A DNA stretch of 64,000 nt from Candidatus Thalassarchaeaceae archaeon. GTDB taxonomy: Archaea > Thermoplasmatota > Poseidoniia > Poseidoniales > Thalassarchaeaceae. The DNA lies in NCBI GenBank assembly GCA_045568075.1, contig JBJLBP010000001.1, positions 377,232 through 441,231 on the forward strand. The letters are read 5' to 3'. This document shows, piece by piece, positions 19,401-28,144 of the stretch. The notes below the pieces were generated by a model. That model had not been told where the DNA came from. It ran no database searches and saw only the letters and a list, made by a program, of their open reading frames with translations. Made by a program: the position numbers and the translations under genes. The stretch's first letter is position 1, and each line of letters begins with the position of its first letter.

Positions 19401-19425
19401 TTCAAGTCCGGGAGCGCGTTGACCA
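19401..19425 (+). repeat. Direct repeat of the tRNA-Tyr 3' end (TTCAAGTCCGGGAGCGCG, then TT and GACCA).
   Basis: Identical to 17498-17515 (T-loop/T-stem/acceptor 3' half); the following gacca matches 17516-17520 after a 2-nt insertion. Confidence 0.7.
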
Positions 19426-19494
19426 ATATCCTCTACTCATTAGAGTAGGCTCATAAAGGGGAGTCAGGTCGGCGGGATGCTTGGAGGGTCATAT

Positions 19495-20082
19495 ATGGGA
19501 GTCATGAAGCACCTTGGATCGGTTTGGAAGCAGCCGAAGGAGAACATTCCTCCTGCATACCGCCGTAACCGTATGGCAGGATGGCGCCGTGAGCCTGTAT
19601 TCCAGCGCGTCGATCGTCCAACTCGCCTCGATGCAGCCCGCCGCCTCGGCTACAAGTCGAAGCAAGGCATTACCGTAGTCCGCACGCGCGTACGACGCGG
19701 AGGACTCCGCAAGGGTAAGATCCACATGAAGCGCAAGCCGTCTAAGGCTGGTATCAAGAAAATCACCATGGCGAAGTCCATCCAGCGCATGGCTGAGGAG
19801 AGAACCAACAAGCGCTACCCTAACCTCGAAGTTCTCAACTCCTACTGGGTTGGCGAGGATGGCAAGAACAAGTTCTACGAAGTCATCATGATCGATCCAC
19901 ACCACCCAGCAATCAAGTCTGACAAGCAACTCGGCTGGATTGCTGAGGGCAATAGCCACCGCGGCCGCGCTGAGCGCGGAAAGACCAGCGCTGGTAAGCG
20001 CGGACGCGGTCTCTTCAACAAGGGTAAGGGTGCTGAGAAACTCCGCCCTTCCTTGAAGGCTAACAAGAACCTAGGAAAATAA
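19495..20082 (+). CDS. rpl15e: 50S ribosomal protein L15e.
   Basis: Conserved L15e N-terminus (MKHLGSVWKQP..) and the basic body RRLGYKSKQGITVVRTRVRRGG; CATAAAG TATA-like at 19452-19459. The ORF opens at 19477. Confidence 0.85.
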   Translation: MGVMKHLGSVWKQPKENIPPAYRRNRMAGWRREPVFQRVDRPTRLDAARRLGYKSKQGITVVRTRVRRGGLRKGKIHMKRKPSKAGIKKITMAKSIQRMAEERTNKRYPNLEVLNSYWVGEDGKNKFYEVIMIDPHHPAIKSDKQLGWIAEGNSHRGRAERGKTSAGKRGRGLFNKGKGAEKLRPSLKANKNLGK

Positions 20083-20115
20083 GCATCCTCGGGAGTAAGT
20101 TGATTTCATCCCCGA

Positions 20116-20385
20116 GTGCGGCAGCCTTCGATGGTCGAGAGCGAAGTCAGTGCGATTCGAGACTTACCGGTCATTCTGCCGGACGGTCGCCTGCTCGGAA
20201 CCGTCCACGACACGGTTATCGAAACCGACTCTTGGCGCTGCACTCACATCTTCGTTGCCGACCCTCCAGCCGACCTAGTTGAAGGCCGAGTTCACGTAGC
20301 AATCCCATGGAATTGGGTGAGGTCAGTAGGCGATGTCATCGTCCTTCGATGGTTTCCCCCAACACCAATTCCGAAGGACGAATGA
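20116..20385 (+). CDS. PRC-barrel domain protein.
   Basis: About 85 aa with the LxGxxVxDxxGxxIGxVxD-like PRC-barrel pattern (LPDGRLLGTVHDTVIETDSWRCTHIFV). Confidence 0.5.
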   Translation: MRQPSMVESEVSAIRDLPVILPDGRLLGTVHDTVIETDSWRCTHIFVADPPADLVEGRVHVAIPWNWVRSVGDVIVLRWFPPTPIPKDE

Positions 20386-20470
20386 TTCAGGTATTCTTCT
20401 CACTTCATCGTGAGATTCAACCGAACGTGATTGCGATACGATTCAAAAGGTAGGGGTGAACCCATACTCG

Positions 20471-23053
20471 ATGCGTCGCATATCCGCCGTGATGATGGTC
20501 CTCGTTCTCCTGACCGCGGCAGCACCAGTTATCGATGCTGCAAGCAAGGGTGTGATCTCTTGTACGCCAGCCGACTTGGAGATGCTTCCTGCTAACTGGG
20601 ATATCGACGATGGAGCCTGCGTCAGAGTTGATTTGGGCGTCCTATCTCCTGGAGATACGCTTTCCTTCGATGTCAACGCGAATACAGATGTTGACTTGCT
20701 TCTATTCTCAGCAAGCTCGATTTCCGTCTATCAAAACGAACAAAATTATCGCCATGAAACAGTTTGGCAGGGCGAGTCTGTATTCGAGTCATTTACTGGA
20801 GAAGGCACTTGGCATTGGACCACGCCCGACGATCGTGGCGATACTCGATGGTATCTCGTGCTCGACAATATGGCACACCCGCAGGATCAGGGTAATGGTG
20901 CTCAGGGTGGATCTCTGGCTAGTGTAATTCTTGACGTTGAAGAAGTCGATTCACCTGTCTTCGGCGTGGTTGACACAATCGTTCGCCTCGAAACAGGGGG
21001 TCACTCGGTACTCGCAGGTCCTTTGATGCTTGATGAAGGGACTCAAATCAATTTCTTTGCGACAACGATGGAGGGGCATCCTGACATTTTCCTCATGACT
21101 CAACCCCAACTCGATCTTTACCAGCAAGGTGGAACAGCCGCGACTCGAATCGATGAGACTGACATGTTACTGGTTTCTGACGAGCGAACCCTCGCTTGGT
21201 CGGTCACATCCGAGTACGCGGGCCAGGATCTCTTCCTCGTCGTCGACAATCGCGCAGGTCCCTCGGGTGGTGGCGCGGGTACGGGCTATGTCGCGACCAC
21301 TGTGGTGATGGATTTGGTCCCGGTTCTCAATCCCATGATTACTAATTCATCGACTCTGAGTATAGTCGATGTTGGCGCCGAGATTCTTCTCGACGCATCG
21401 GAAACACCGAATCTCTCGAATCAGATAGATCGCGAAACAGGATTCCAGTGGGATACCAACGGAGATGGATACCACGATACTGCTGGCACTTCGATCATGG
21501 TCAGTTGGGACGAGCCGACGCAGATCAGTGTCGGCCTACGCGTCGTCTCCGAGGATGGCCGAAGCGCCAGTATCTATTTCGACATATCAGTCGAGGATAT
21601 TTCGCCACCGAGCGTCAGTCTTTCAGCCACCGATACGATACGCAAGGATTTCGATGACCAACTTTTGTTGACCGCTTCAATCGAGGATAATTGGGGCATT
21701 CAAACAGTCGAATGGCTTGTCGATGACGAGGTCATCGATTACTACAGTAATTGGGATTGGCAAGATGGAAAGACATTCACATTCCGCTTCGATTCATCCT
21801 ACGAACCCGGCGACCACGAGGTTAAGCTGAGGGTGACTGATAAGGAGAGTCAGATTACTGAAAAGATTGCAATCATCGATCTTTATGATTCGACTCCACC
21901 GATTGTGCCTGAACAGACGGTGGAGATGACAGTGATTTTGGGAGAACCATATCAATTCAACGCTGAGGCTATGGATGCTGAATCTCCGAATATGCAATTC
22001 TACTGGGACTTTGATGCCGAGACGGATAGCGACGACGACGGTATTACCGACAATGATGTAGACGCGAGCGGTGCAAAGGTCATCCAAGACTTCCAGATTA
22101 GAGGCACTATCCAAGTGATTTGCACAGTTGTAAATGATGCTGGAGTTTCAACGCAAGTCACTTACTACGTGACTGTGCGCTCTCTTGCTGACGACGACTC
22201 CGGAATCACTCCAATGGTCATTGCTCTGTTGGCTGTAATTCTGGTTCTACTCTTAGTCGGTGGTGTTGGCATGATATCGTGGCGCAGAATGTCAAACGCG
22301 CGCCTAGAAGCGCTACTCGCCGAGCAGGCCGAAGCCGAGGAAGAAGAACCTCGCGAACTCTCCGTAGAGGAGCAGAAAGCGATGTTCGGTGCTGGTTCTG
22401 TAACAATGGATCAACCCGCTTCGATGTCGACGACATCTCCGTTTGGACAGTATGGCACGGGGATGTCGGGTGCCAGTGACCCACAGGCGACTATCGGCTC
22501 GGATGTGGCGATGGGTGATTCTGACCTTGAGGCTCTGATGAACACACCCGGTCCGATTACCGCAGACGCACCATCCAGCCCGGCCGCGGACTTACTCGCT
22601 GAATTTGGCGAGGATGATTCGGTTGGCCGAGATGAAATAGTCGAATTTTCACATGATGACGGCGCTGGCACCAGCGATGATATTTGGTCACCAGAAGGTG
22701 TTGTTGGAGATGAGATGGCAGACGCTTTGCCGGCTCCTCCTCCTCCTGCCCAAGAGCCGGATGCAAATTCACTACTCGATGATGACCTCCCGACCCCTCC
22801 TCCGCCGGTCAGCGAGGATTTACCATCTCCACCAGCACCAGAAGAGGTCGAATCCGATGTGGAAGACGTAGTGGAAGACGTAGAAGATTCAGAAGATCTG
22901 CAAGAATCTGAAGAATCCGAGCCCGAATCCCGACTTGTGCAACAGGATTGTAGCCAGTGTGAGCAGCGATTCGAAGTCACACTTCCAGAGGGTCATGATG
23001 TTGCTAGGACAGCTTGCCCATCCTGCGGCGCAATTGAGACAGTGAGCCTCTGA
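20471..23053 (+). CDS. Large type-I membrane surface protein A: signal peptide, Ig-like beta ectodomains, TM helix, ~260-aa acidic/Pro-rich disordered cytoplasmic linker and a C-terminal CxxC-x18-CxxC zinc ribbon.
   Basis: Signal MRRISAVMMVLVLLTAAAPVIDA; the start is taken at ATG 20471 because of an SD-like element at 20449-20460; TM ITPMVIALLAVILVLLLVGGVGMI; tail PPPPAQEPD...VEDVVEDVEDSEDLQESEESE; ends CSQCEQRFEVTLPEGHDVARTACPSCGAIETVSL. The ORF track starts at GTG 20456. Confidence 0.6.
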   Translation: MRRISAVMMVLVLLTAAAPVIDAASKGVISCTPADLEMLPANWDIDDGACVRVDLGVLSPGDTLSFDVNANTDVDLLLFSASSISVYQNEQNYRHETVWQGESVFESFTGEGTWHWTTPDDRGDTRWYLVLDNMAHPQDQGNGAQGGSLASVILDVEEVDSPVFGVVDTIVRLETGGHSVLAGPLMLDEGTQINFFATTMEGHPDIFLMTQPQLDLYQQGGTAATRIDETDMLLVSDERTLAWSVTSEYAGQDLFLVVDNRAGPSGGGAGTGYVATTVVMDLVPVLNPMITNSSTLSIVDVGAEILLDASETPNLSNQIDRETGFQWDTNGDGYHDTAGTSIMVSWDEPTQISVGLRVVSEDGRSASIYFDISVEDISPPSVSLSATDTIRKDFDDQLLLTASIEDNWGIQTVEWLVDDEVIDYYSNWDWQDGKTFTFRFDSSYEPGDHEVKLRVTDKESQITEKIAIIDLYDSTPPIVPEQTVEMTVILGEPYQFNAEAMDAESPNMQFYWDFDAETDSDDDGITDNDVDASGAKVIQDFQIRGTIQVICTVVNDAGVSTQVTYYVTVRSLADDDSGITPMVIALLAVILVLLLVGGVGMISWRRMSNARLEALLAEQAEAEEEEPRELSVEEQKAMFGAGSVTMDQPASMSTTSPFGQYGTGMSGASDPQATIGSDVAMGDSDLEALMNTPGPITADAPSSPAADLLAEFGEDDSVGRDEIVEFSHDDGAGTSDDIWSPEGVVGDEMADALPAPPPPAQEPDANSLLDDDLPTPPPPVSEDLPSPPAPEEVESDVEDVVEDVEDSEDLQESEESEPESRLVQQDCSQCEQRFEVTLPEGHDVARTACPSCGAIETVSL

Positions 23054-23141
23054 TTCATTTGAATTGAAGTCGTCCCTCGTCGAGTTCCCGGAACATGGCA
23101 AGACGACGCATCAACTACACCTGCCGCCCAAGACCCTAAAT

Positions 23142-23160
23142 CGCACCTCATAGAGGTGCG
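23142..23160 (+). promoter_or_regulatory. 5'-UTR hairpin CGCACCTC-ATA-GAGGTGCG immediately before the giant-protein start; the 3' arm is the SD (GAGGTG, 5 nt from the ATG) and the 5' arm is an anti-SD mimic (CACCTC).
   Basis: An 8-bp perfect inverted repeat read from the sequence; the ATG is at 23164. Confidence 0.4.
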
Positions 23161-23163
23161 CTC

Positions 23164-26100
23164 ATGGAACACGGTTCAGTGCGCTTAATCAGCAAAGCGC
23201 CGCGAGCCCGAATTTCACTACCAATTCTGATTGTAGCACTATTTCTTCTTCCAACTCTCGCCCCTTTCGCTGCCGTCAGTGGAGAGGCGAGAATCGAATC
23301 TGAGGACTTCGCAATTCTCAATGAGCTCAGCGAAGTCCTCGACCAACGCGAGCAGGTGGTCAGCAGCGATACTGTGAGCAAACTTGCTGGACCTTTACTC
23401 GATCAAGTTCGGGTCGGTGTACAGGAGACTTCAGTCGCCGATCCACTCCATGATATCGACGAGGCTCTCGACGAGGTATCAATGGTCGAAACCGCTGCAC
23501 CACAAGTCATTCATCCCGAACCTTACATCATTCTGACTGACGAAAATAGCCGCCCTCCTGGCGAAGTCAGAACCATTTGGTCGACTCTTTTCAATCTCAC
23601 AGATTACGTCATTTGGACACGATATGTAGACGATGAGGGTAATGTCGTCGAGCAATCTGAGACCATAACCTTCCTCACATCTCTCCTATCTCTTTTCGAC
23701 TCTGAGACCGAATTTTTGCTTCATCAGGTCGACATCGACCAGGATGGTGATGACGACATTCAGGTTGGTCTCAGCATCGAGATCAGTGACCCCGAACTCG
23801 ATGGAACCACACTTTCAGTCGCGCCTCAACTCGATTACAAGATCAGTGTGCTGCCCTCAAGCATGACTGATTCCGATTGGGAAAATCTAGAAACTCTAGA
23901 AGTGAGTCTTCTCAAAGCATTCGCGTATTCCGATGGAATCCTTACCGAGGGTGAATCATACGTTTGGGTTATTGATTCAAAATTCACTCATACACCTTAC
24001 GATTTCACCCTCGGAGTTGGTCTCGAACGATTCTACTTCGATCTCTCAGAAGCGGGGGCCGATTTCCTCCTATCGATTTTCAATGCGCTATCCTTCGGCG
24101 TGTTCAACGGTGGTGATGAATCTGGAATTACAATCGCTTCAATCGCCGCTCCATACCAGATATCAATAGACAATTCCGGCCAGACCGAATGTCCAGATCG
24201 CTACTCGCCGATTGAACTCACAACTCTTCCATCCAGTCAAATCTCCTGTGGAGTCACAGCAGGCTTCGGTTACGTCCACTATTCTCCTCCAAATATCGAA
24301 GATGAACGAGATGTCTGGGAGGTGGCCTACATTGAAGCCGCAATTCACCCTAATCGTCTCTCCACCACCCTCCCTGAACAGCTTGATCTCACAATCCGAA
24401 CTGATAGCACGATGGCCGACGGCACGGGCAGTGCTGGTGAAAATGGCCTGACAACCGTCGAGTACTGGGCCGATGAGCGCGCAGACCTCCACATACACTT
24501 CCACGAGAACCGCTCAGAGGTTCCACCCGAGAATGCCGATGGAACTTATGGTAACTCAACCGACTCCATCGGCTGGCTGCGCGGAATGCCTGCAGGCAGC
24601 CTCACCACAGAGGAGATCGATCGCACTTTCACCATGCTCGGTTCAAAGTCCGAGCCTCAACTACCTGGTGGCCAACCGAATCAACTCGGCCTCATCATCG
24701 GTGTCAAGAATTTCACCCGCGATACATCGCAGAACGTCGACGACCCCTCTCTCCCAGTCAATCCAGCATACCCGCCAAAGACTCTCGTTCTGGTAAGGTC
24801 AGTCCAATCGCTTGAGGAGGTGGATTATCATTCTTGGATGAAACGTGGTGGCGCGGCCACCGACCATCGGCGGATCGAAATTACTGCTCAAGACTTACCG
24901 ACCGCCGTCGTGCTCTTTGGCTCATTTGAGTTAGGTGGGACTGAAGAGGCAGACACAAGTCTCGATTCGGCACAAAATCTTGATTTCATGTCGAGAATCT
25001 TCGATGTTGTCCTGATCAACATAGTCGACCTCTTCCTCGATATCGGCACTATTCTGAACGACATTCCATCTGCCACAGTCGACGTCATCAGCGGTGGAGT
25101 CGGCGGTTCGGGTGGCCTAACAGGACAGACTCTTCACCTATTGATGAATGATCATTGGAGAGCCGATCGACAGGCTAGGTCAATCTCAGAAATCGGCCTG
25201 CAGATCGGTTCAAGCTCGCATCCTACGATGCCTGGCGATCATCTGATCCTCGCAAAAGACAGACAGTTGGAGACAGTTCAAGGGCGTCAGGGTCCGGTGG
25301 TGCCGATGGTGGTAGTAGCTGCGAGTTTACGTTTCAGTGGTCTGAGCCAGTTCACTCTTATCGATGATCTCGAGTCGGAATCCCAACAGGTTTCACTCCT
25401 GACTTCGTCGGAAAAACAGTTCTCATTCCTTTACATCGATCACAAACCGAATGATCTCAGCGGCGCAGCCCATCAAGGCGTCCGAATATCCGATATTCCG
25501 GACAATCTCTCCGCCGAACTCACACCCCAACTCGCAACATACCAAGCTAGTTCCTCTATCGATAGTATCAGTTACACTGGTATTGATGGTGACCAACGGC
25601 AGGCGACTCACGTTCTCGATTTGCCTGCCGAGTTTGAGATTGAATTTGGCGATGTGACTACTTGGAGCGCTTCATCGCCGATTTCTTCCATTCATGCCCA
25701 ACTCACAGATTCTACAAATCCTGTGACGATGGGCGGCGATCACTTCCTTTTCCATCACGAGCCGTCCGATGGTAGCTCGACTATCTCAACTCGTATTTCG
25801 GGATTGCAAGAGGTTGGCTGGCGAGCACCAGCCGAACCAGGTGCCAGTGGAGCAATTGGTCGTGGCACCGCTTTCATGACCGCTGCCGGCGACCGCACGA
25901 TGAGCATCAATGTCGATCATGCGCCGACTCAGGATGAGGGGGGCTTGTCGGCGCTCGTTCTCATCGATCCACTTCCATCCACTATCTCGGTCGATATTCC
26001 AACGGGAGCCGATGCAGGAAACAGCCTCGTCTTCCCCGAATTGAACACGACTCAAGGTGTCGCTGGCGTGGCTTTCTTCCTTGGCGGTTTTGCCGATCTC

Positions 26101-27531
26101 GGTCGCTCTGTGAACACGGTCCTCGCTGGTGTGACAAGTGAAATTTCGACAGGATCCGATGGTGGCAATGGTTCATTCTCTTACGGTCTTCAGCTCGATG
26201 CAGACAGTAATTTTGACCTGATTTTCGAAGCCAGCCATGGAAATGGCACTGCGGATGCCCCACCTTGGGTACACGGAATCGCGCTGAACGCAGCACCTTC
26301 AGGAATATCGGATGGCTTCCATATCCGTGGATGGATTCCAGATTTACCTCCGATAATCGATATCTCGGTCAGTCGAACCCCGACTTCAACCGGTGAAGAA
26401 TGGGCAATCGCCATGGGTTTGGATGGATGGTTGCCCGCGCGCAGTGAATTCATGCTGAACTCGCGCGGTATCAACGGTCAGGACCTGATGATGACACTGC
26501 AAGGCTTGACCGTTGGTGAATCAACTGCACTAGGACTCGATTCGGAATTCTTGATCCGAGAAACAAGTGGTGGGATTACCGAAGTAACAACAACGACTCA
26601 CTTCGTGATGTCGAATAGACTCGATTGGATTCATGCTCTTCTAATCAATCGAGAGGCCGGCGCACGGACGGAGATGCTGATCAATGACATTCCCGAATCC
26701 ATCGATTTGCGCGCCAGTCTAGGCACGTCCATATCGCTGGATATGACCGTGCCAGATGCATATCGTCGAGCCGGTCCTGCCGTGGACTCGATGATGATGC
26801 AACAGATGCAATGGATGGACGGTTCTTGGTGGCCGGCTACGATTTTCCTGACCGACGTCCCTGACGCGATTAATCTCACGACAGAGCCAGATCTCGATTT
26901 TGACATCACCAAAAGTCTCGCATTCCAAGGGACTCCTGTACTCGACTTCTCCGCCTCGGCTGATGGAATGTCACTCTACATCGAAGCCAACGGCCGCGCT
27001 ATCAACAGTCGAGGCGAAATCATCCTCCTCGCCGAGGGCATGACCGATCGAATGGTCATCAAACCGACTGAGGATTATGGTCTCGCGATTCGCAGTGGAG
27101 GCGATGGAGTCGATCGAATCTATTTGCGCGCCTCCAATATGCCGACAACTCCTCCTGTTGTCCTCGAAGAAATGGAGGCGCTTGGCGAGAATTTGCGAAG
27201 CGCGACGATTCATGTCATTGAGATAGTCGGCCCATACAGCGTCATTGAGATAGAAGATGTACAAGGTGGACGAATCGTTGCATCCGCGCGCGCGACGGCT
27301 GAAGTCGAAGCCATTGGTATGACCTTTGATTTGCGTGGCGTTCTACTCGACGCTCAGACCACCGGAGGAGTACCGACTGGAACCAGTCTTGGGGTAAACG
27401 GTCTCGCTTCCGATCTCTCGCTGCTGAATCTAATCCCTGGATTTGAAGGCTCCACCCATCACATAATTGTCCCGGAGCCTCTCTCATCCGGTGTGCTAAC
27501 ATTCTGCGCTACATTCCTGGGAGGTGACTAA
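23164..27531 (+). CDS. Giant (1455 aa) secreted or N-terminally anchored surface protein B with no recognisable domain.
   Basis: N-terminal signal/anchor LPILIVALFLLPTLAPFAAVSG; an uninterrupted 4.4-kb ORF with coding-like codon usage; Asp/Thr/Ser-rich beta-type composition; TAA stop at 27529-27531. Confidence 0.6.
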   Translation: MEHGSVRLISKAPRARISLPILIVALFLLPTLAPFAAVSGEARIESEDFAILNELSEVLDQREQVVSSDTVSKLAGPLLDQVRVGVQETSVADPLHDIDEALDEVSMVETAAPQVIHPEPYIILTDENSRPPGEVRTIWSTLFNLTDYVIWTRYVDDEGNVVEQSETITFLTSLLSLFDSETEFLLHQVDIDQDGDDDIQVGLSIEISDPELDGTTLSVAPQLDYKISVLPSSMTDSDWENLETLEVSLLKAFAYSDGILTEGESYVWVIDSKFTHTPYDFTLGVGLERFYFDLSEAGADFLLSIFNALSFGVFNGGDESGITIASIAAPYQISIDNSGQTECPDRYSPIELTTLPSSQISCGVTAGFGYVHYSPPNIEDERDVWEVAYIEAAIHPNRLSTTLPEQLDLTIRTDSTMADGTGSAGENGLTTVEYWADERADLHIHFHENRSEVPPENADGTYGNSTDSIGWLRGMPAGSLTTEEIDRTFTMLGSKSEPQLPGGQPNQLGLIIGVKNFTRDTSQNVDDPSLPVNPAYPPKTLVLVRSVQSLEEVDYHSWMKRGGAATDHRRIEITAQDLPTAVVLFGSFELGGTEEADTSLDSAQNLDFMSRIFDVVLINIVDLFLDIGTILNDIPSATVDVISGGVGGSGGLTGQTLHLLMNDHWRADRQARSISEIGLQIGSSSHPTMPGDHLILAKDRQLETVQGRQGPVVPMVVVAASLRFSGLSQFTLIDDLESESQQVSLLTSSEKQFSFLYIDHKPNDLSGAAHQGVRISDIPDNLSAELTPQLATYQASSSIDSISYTGIDGDQRQATHVLDLPAEFEIEFGDVTTWSASSPISSIHAQLTDSTNPVTMGGDHFLFHHEPSDGSSTISTRISGLQEVGWRAPAEPGASGAIGRGTAFMTAAGDRTMSINVDHAPTQDEGGLSALVLIDPLPSTISVDIPTGADAGNSLVFPELNTTQGVAGVAFFLGGFADLGRSVNTVLAGVTSEISTGSDGGNGSFSYGLQLDADSNFDLIFEASHGNGTADAPPWVHGIALNAAPSGISDGFHIRGWIPDLPPIIDISVSRTPTSTGEEWAIAMGLDGWLPARSEFMLNSRGINGQDLMMTLQGLTVGESTALGLDSEFLIRETSGGITEVTTTTHFVMSNRLDWIHALLINREAGARTEMLINDIPESIDLRASLGTSISLDMTVPDAYRRAGPAVDSMMMQQMQWMDGSWWPATIFLTDVPDAINLTTEPDLDFDITKSLAFQGTPVLDFSASADGMSLYIEANGRAINSRGEIILLAEGMTDRMVIKPTEDYGLAIRSGGDGVDRIYLRASNMPTTPPVVLEEMEALGENLRSATIHVIEIVGPYSVIEIEDVQGGRIVASARATAEVEAIGMTFDLRGVLLDAQTTGGVPTGTSLGVNGLASDLSLLNLIPGFEGSTHHIIVPEPLSSGVLTFCATFLGGD

Positions 27532-27532
27532 T

Positions 27533-28102
27533 ATGGGCTTGTTAGAGAAGATGCGCAATGCCGAGGAAGAGACTCGAGAGGATATAGACGAGGCCACTGA
27601 GCGCGCTCACGAAATTCTGCAAATCGTTGGCGAGCGTGTCGAGCAAGTTCGACCGAGTCGAGTGATATTCGCCTCGGTCGCCGTTCTGTTGATTGTCAGC
27701 GGGATGTTCATCATTGGAACTTGGTTAGTCCCATACGACCGGACGAGCGTAGATGTGGTATACATTCAAGGGGGCTCTGGTCACGTTGTTTTGGTCGAAT
27801 TAGACAACAAAGGATCTCGCTCGATAACCGACGTTAATCTTGACATTCGATTCCTCGATGATGCAAGTCTCGAAATCGGTAGATCTAACTTCCAAGCTGG
27901 TGAAATCGCCGCCCATACTTCGATTGCTGGAGACGACTTGGAATTGCTCATCGCCGGCGCTTCAGTCTGGGAGAATTACACGATTGAAATCATTCTCGAT
28001 TACACATATGGAGGCGATGATTATCACGAACGCTGGACCTACAATGTCGGTGGGTGGCAGATGGAGATGTTCACTTACAATGCCCCGATTCACTTCTTCT
28101 GA
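27533..28102 (+). CDS. Bitopic membrane protein C: charged helical N-terminus, one TM helix, ~120-aa ectodomain; translationally coupled to protein B.
   Basis: GGAGGTGA (27520-27527) lies 5 nt before ATG 27533 and overlaps the last codons of B; TM VIFASVAVLLIVSGMFIIGTWLV. Confidence 0.5.
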   Translation: MGLLEKMRNAEEETREDIDEATERAHEILQIVGERVEQVRPSRVIFASVAVLLIVSGMFIIGTWLVPYDRTSVDVVYIQGGSGHVVLVELDNKGSRSITDVNLDIRFLDDASLEIGRSNFQAGEIAAHTSIAGDDLELLIAGASVWENYTIEIILDYTYGGDDYHERWTYNVGGWQMEMFTYNAPIHFF

Positions 28103-28119
28103 CACGACCTACGGTCGTG
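28103..28119 (+). terminator. Intercistronic hairpin CACGACC-TAC-GGTCGTG directly after the stop of gene C; one of the CC-UAY-GG tip family.
   Basis: A 7-bp perfect stem with a 3-nt loop, read from the sequence; there is no downstream T-tract, so its function (terminator, processing or stability element) is open. Confidence 0.3.
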
Positions 28120-28144
28120 ATTCAAGACCATCCATCCAACCCGA

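Larger units (their letters stand above)
17516..19425. mobile_element. Putative tRNA-flanked integrated islet, probably a remnant: bounded by the tRNA 3' end and a direct repeat of it, carrying only a lower-GC TPR gene.
   Basis: An 18-nt exact repeat plus GACCA after a 2-nt indel; an AT-rich junction directly after the tRNA; no integrase remains. Confidence 0.3.

Noticed and set aside
20610-22980. Numerous internal or antisense ORFs within the large surface-protein genes (for example 20610-20927, 21794-22114, 22411-22980, 24163-24504, 28438-29037, 31072-31932)
   Set aside because: All lie inside long ORFs with clear domain content (S8 triad, CARDB repeats, signal peptides); their translations are Ser/Arg/Pro-rich, typical of spurious frames in high-GC DNA.
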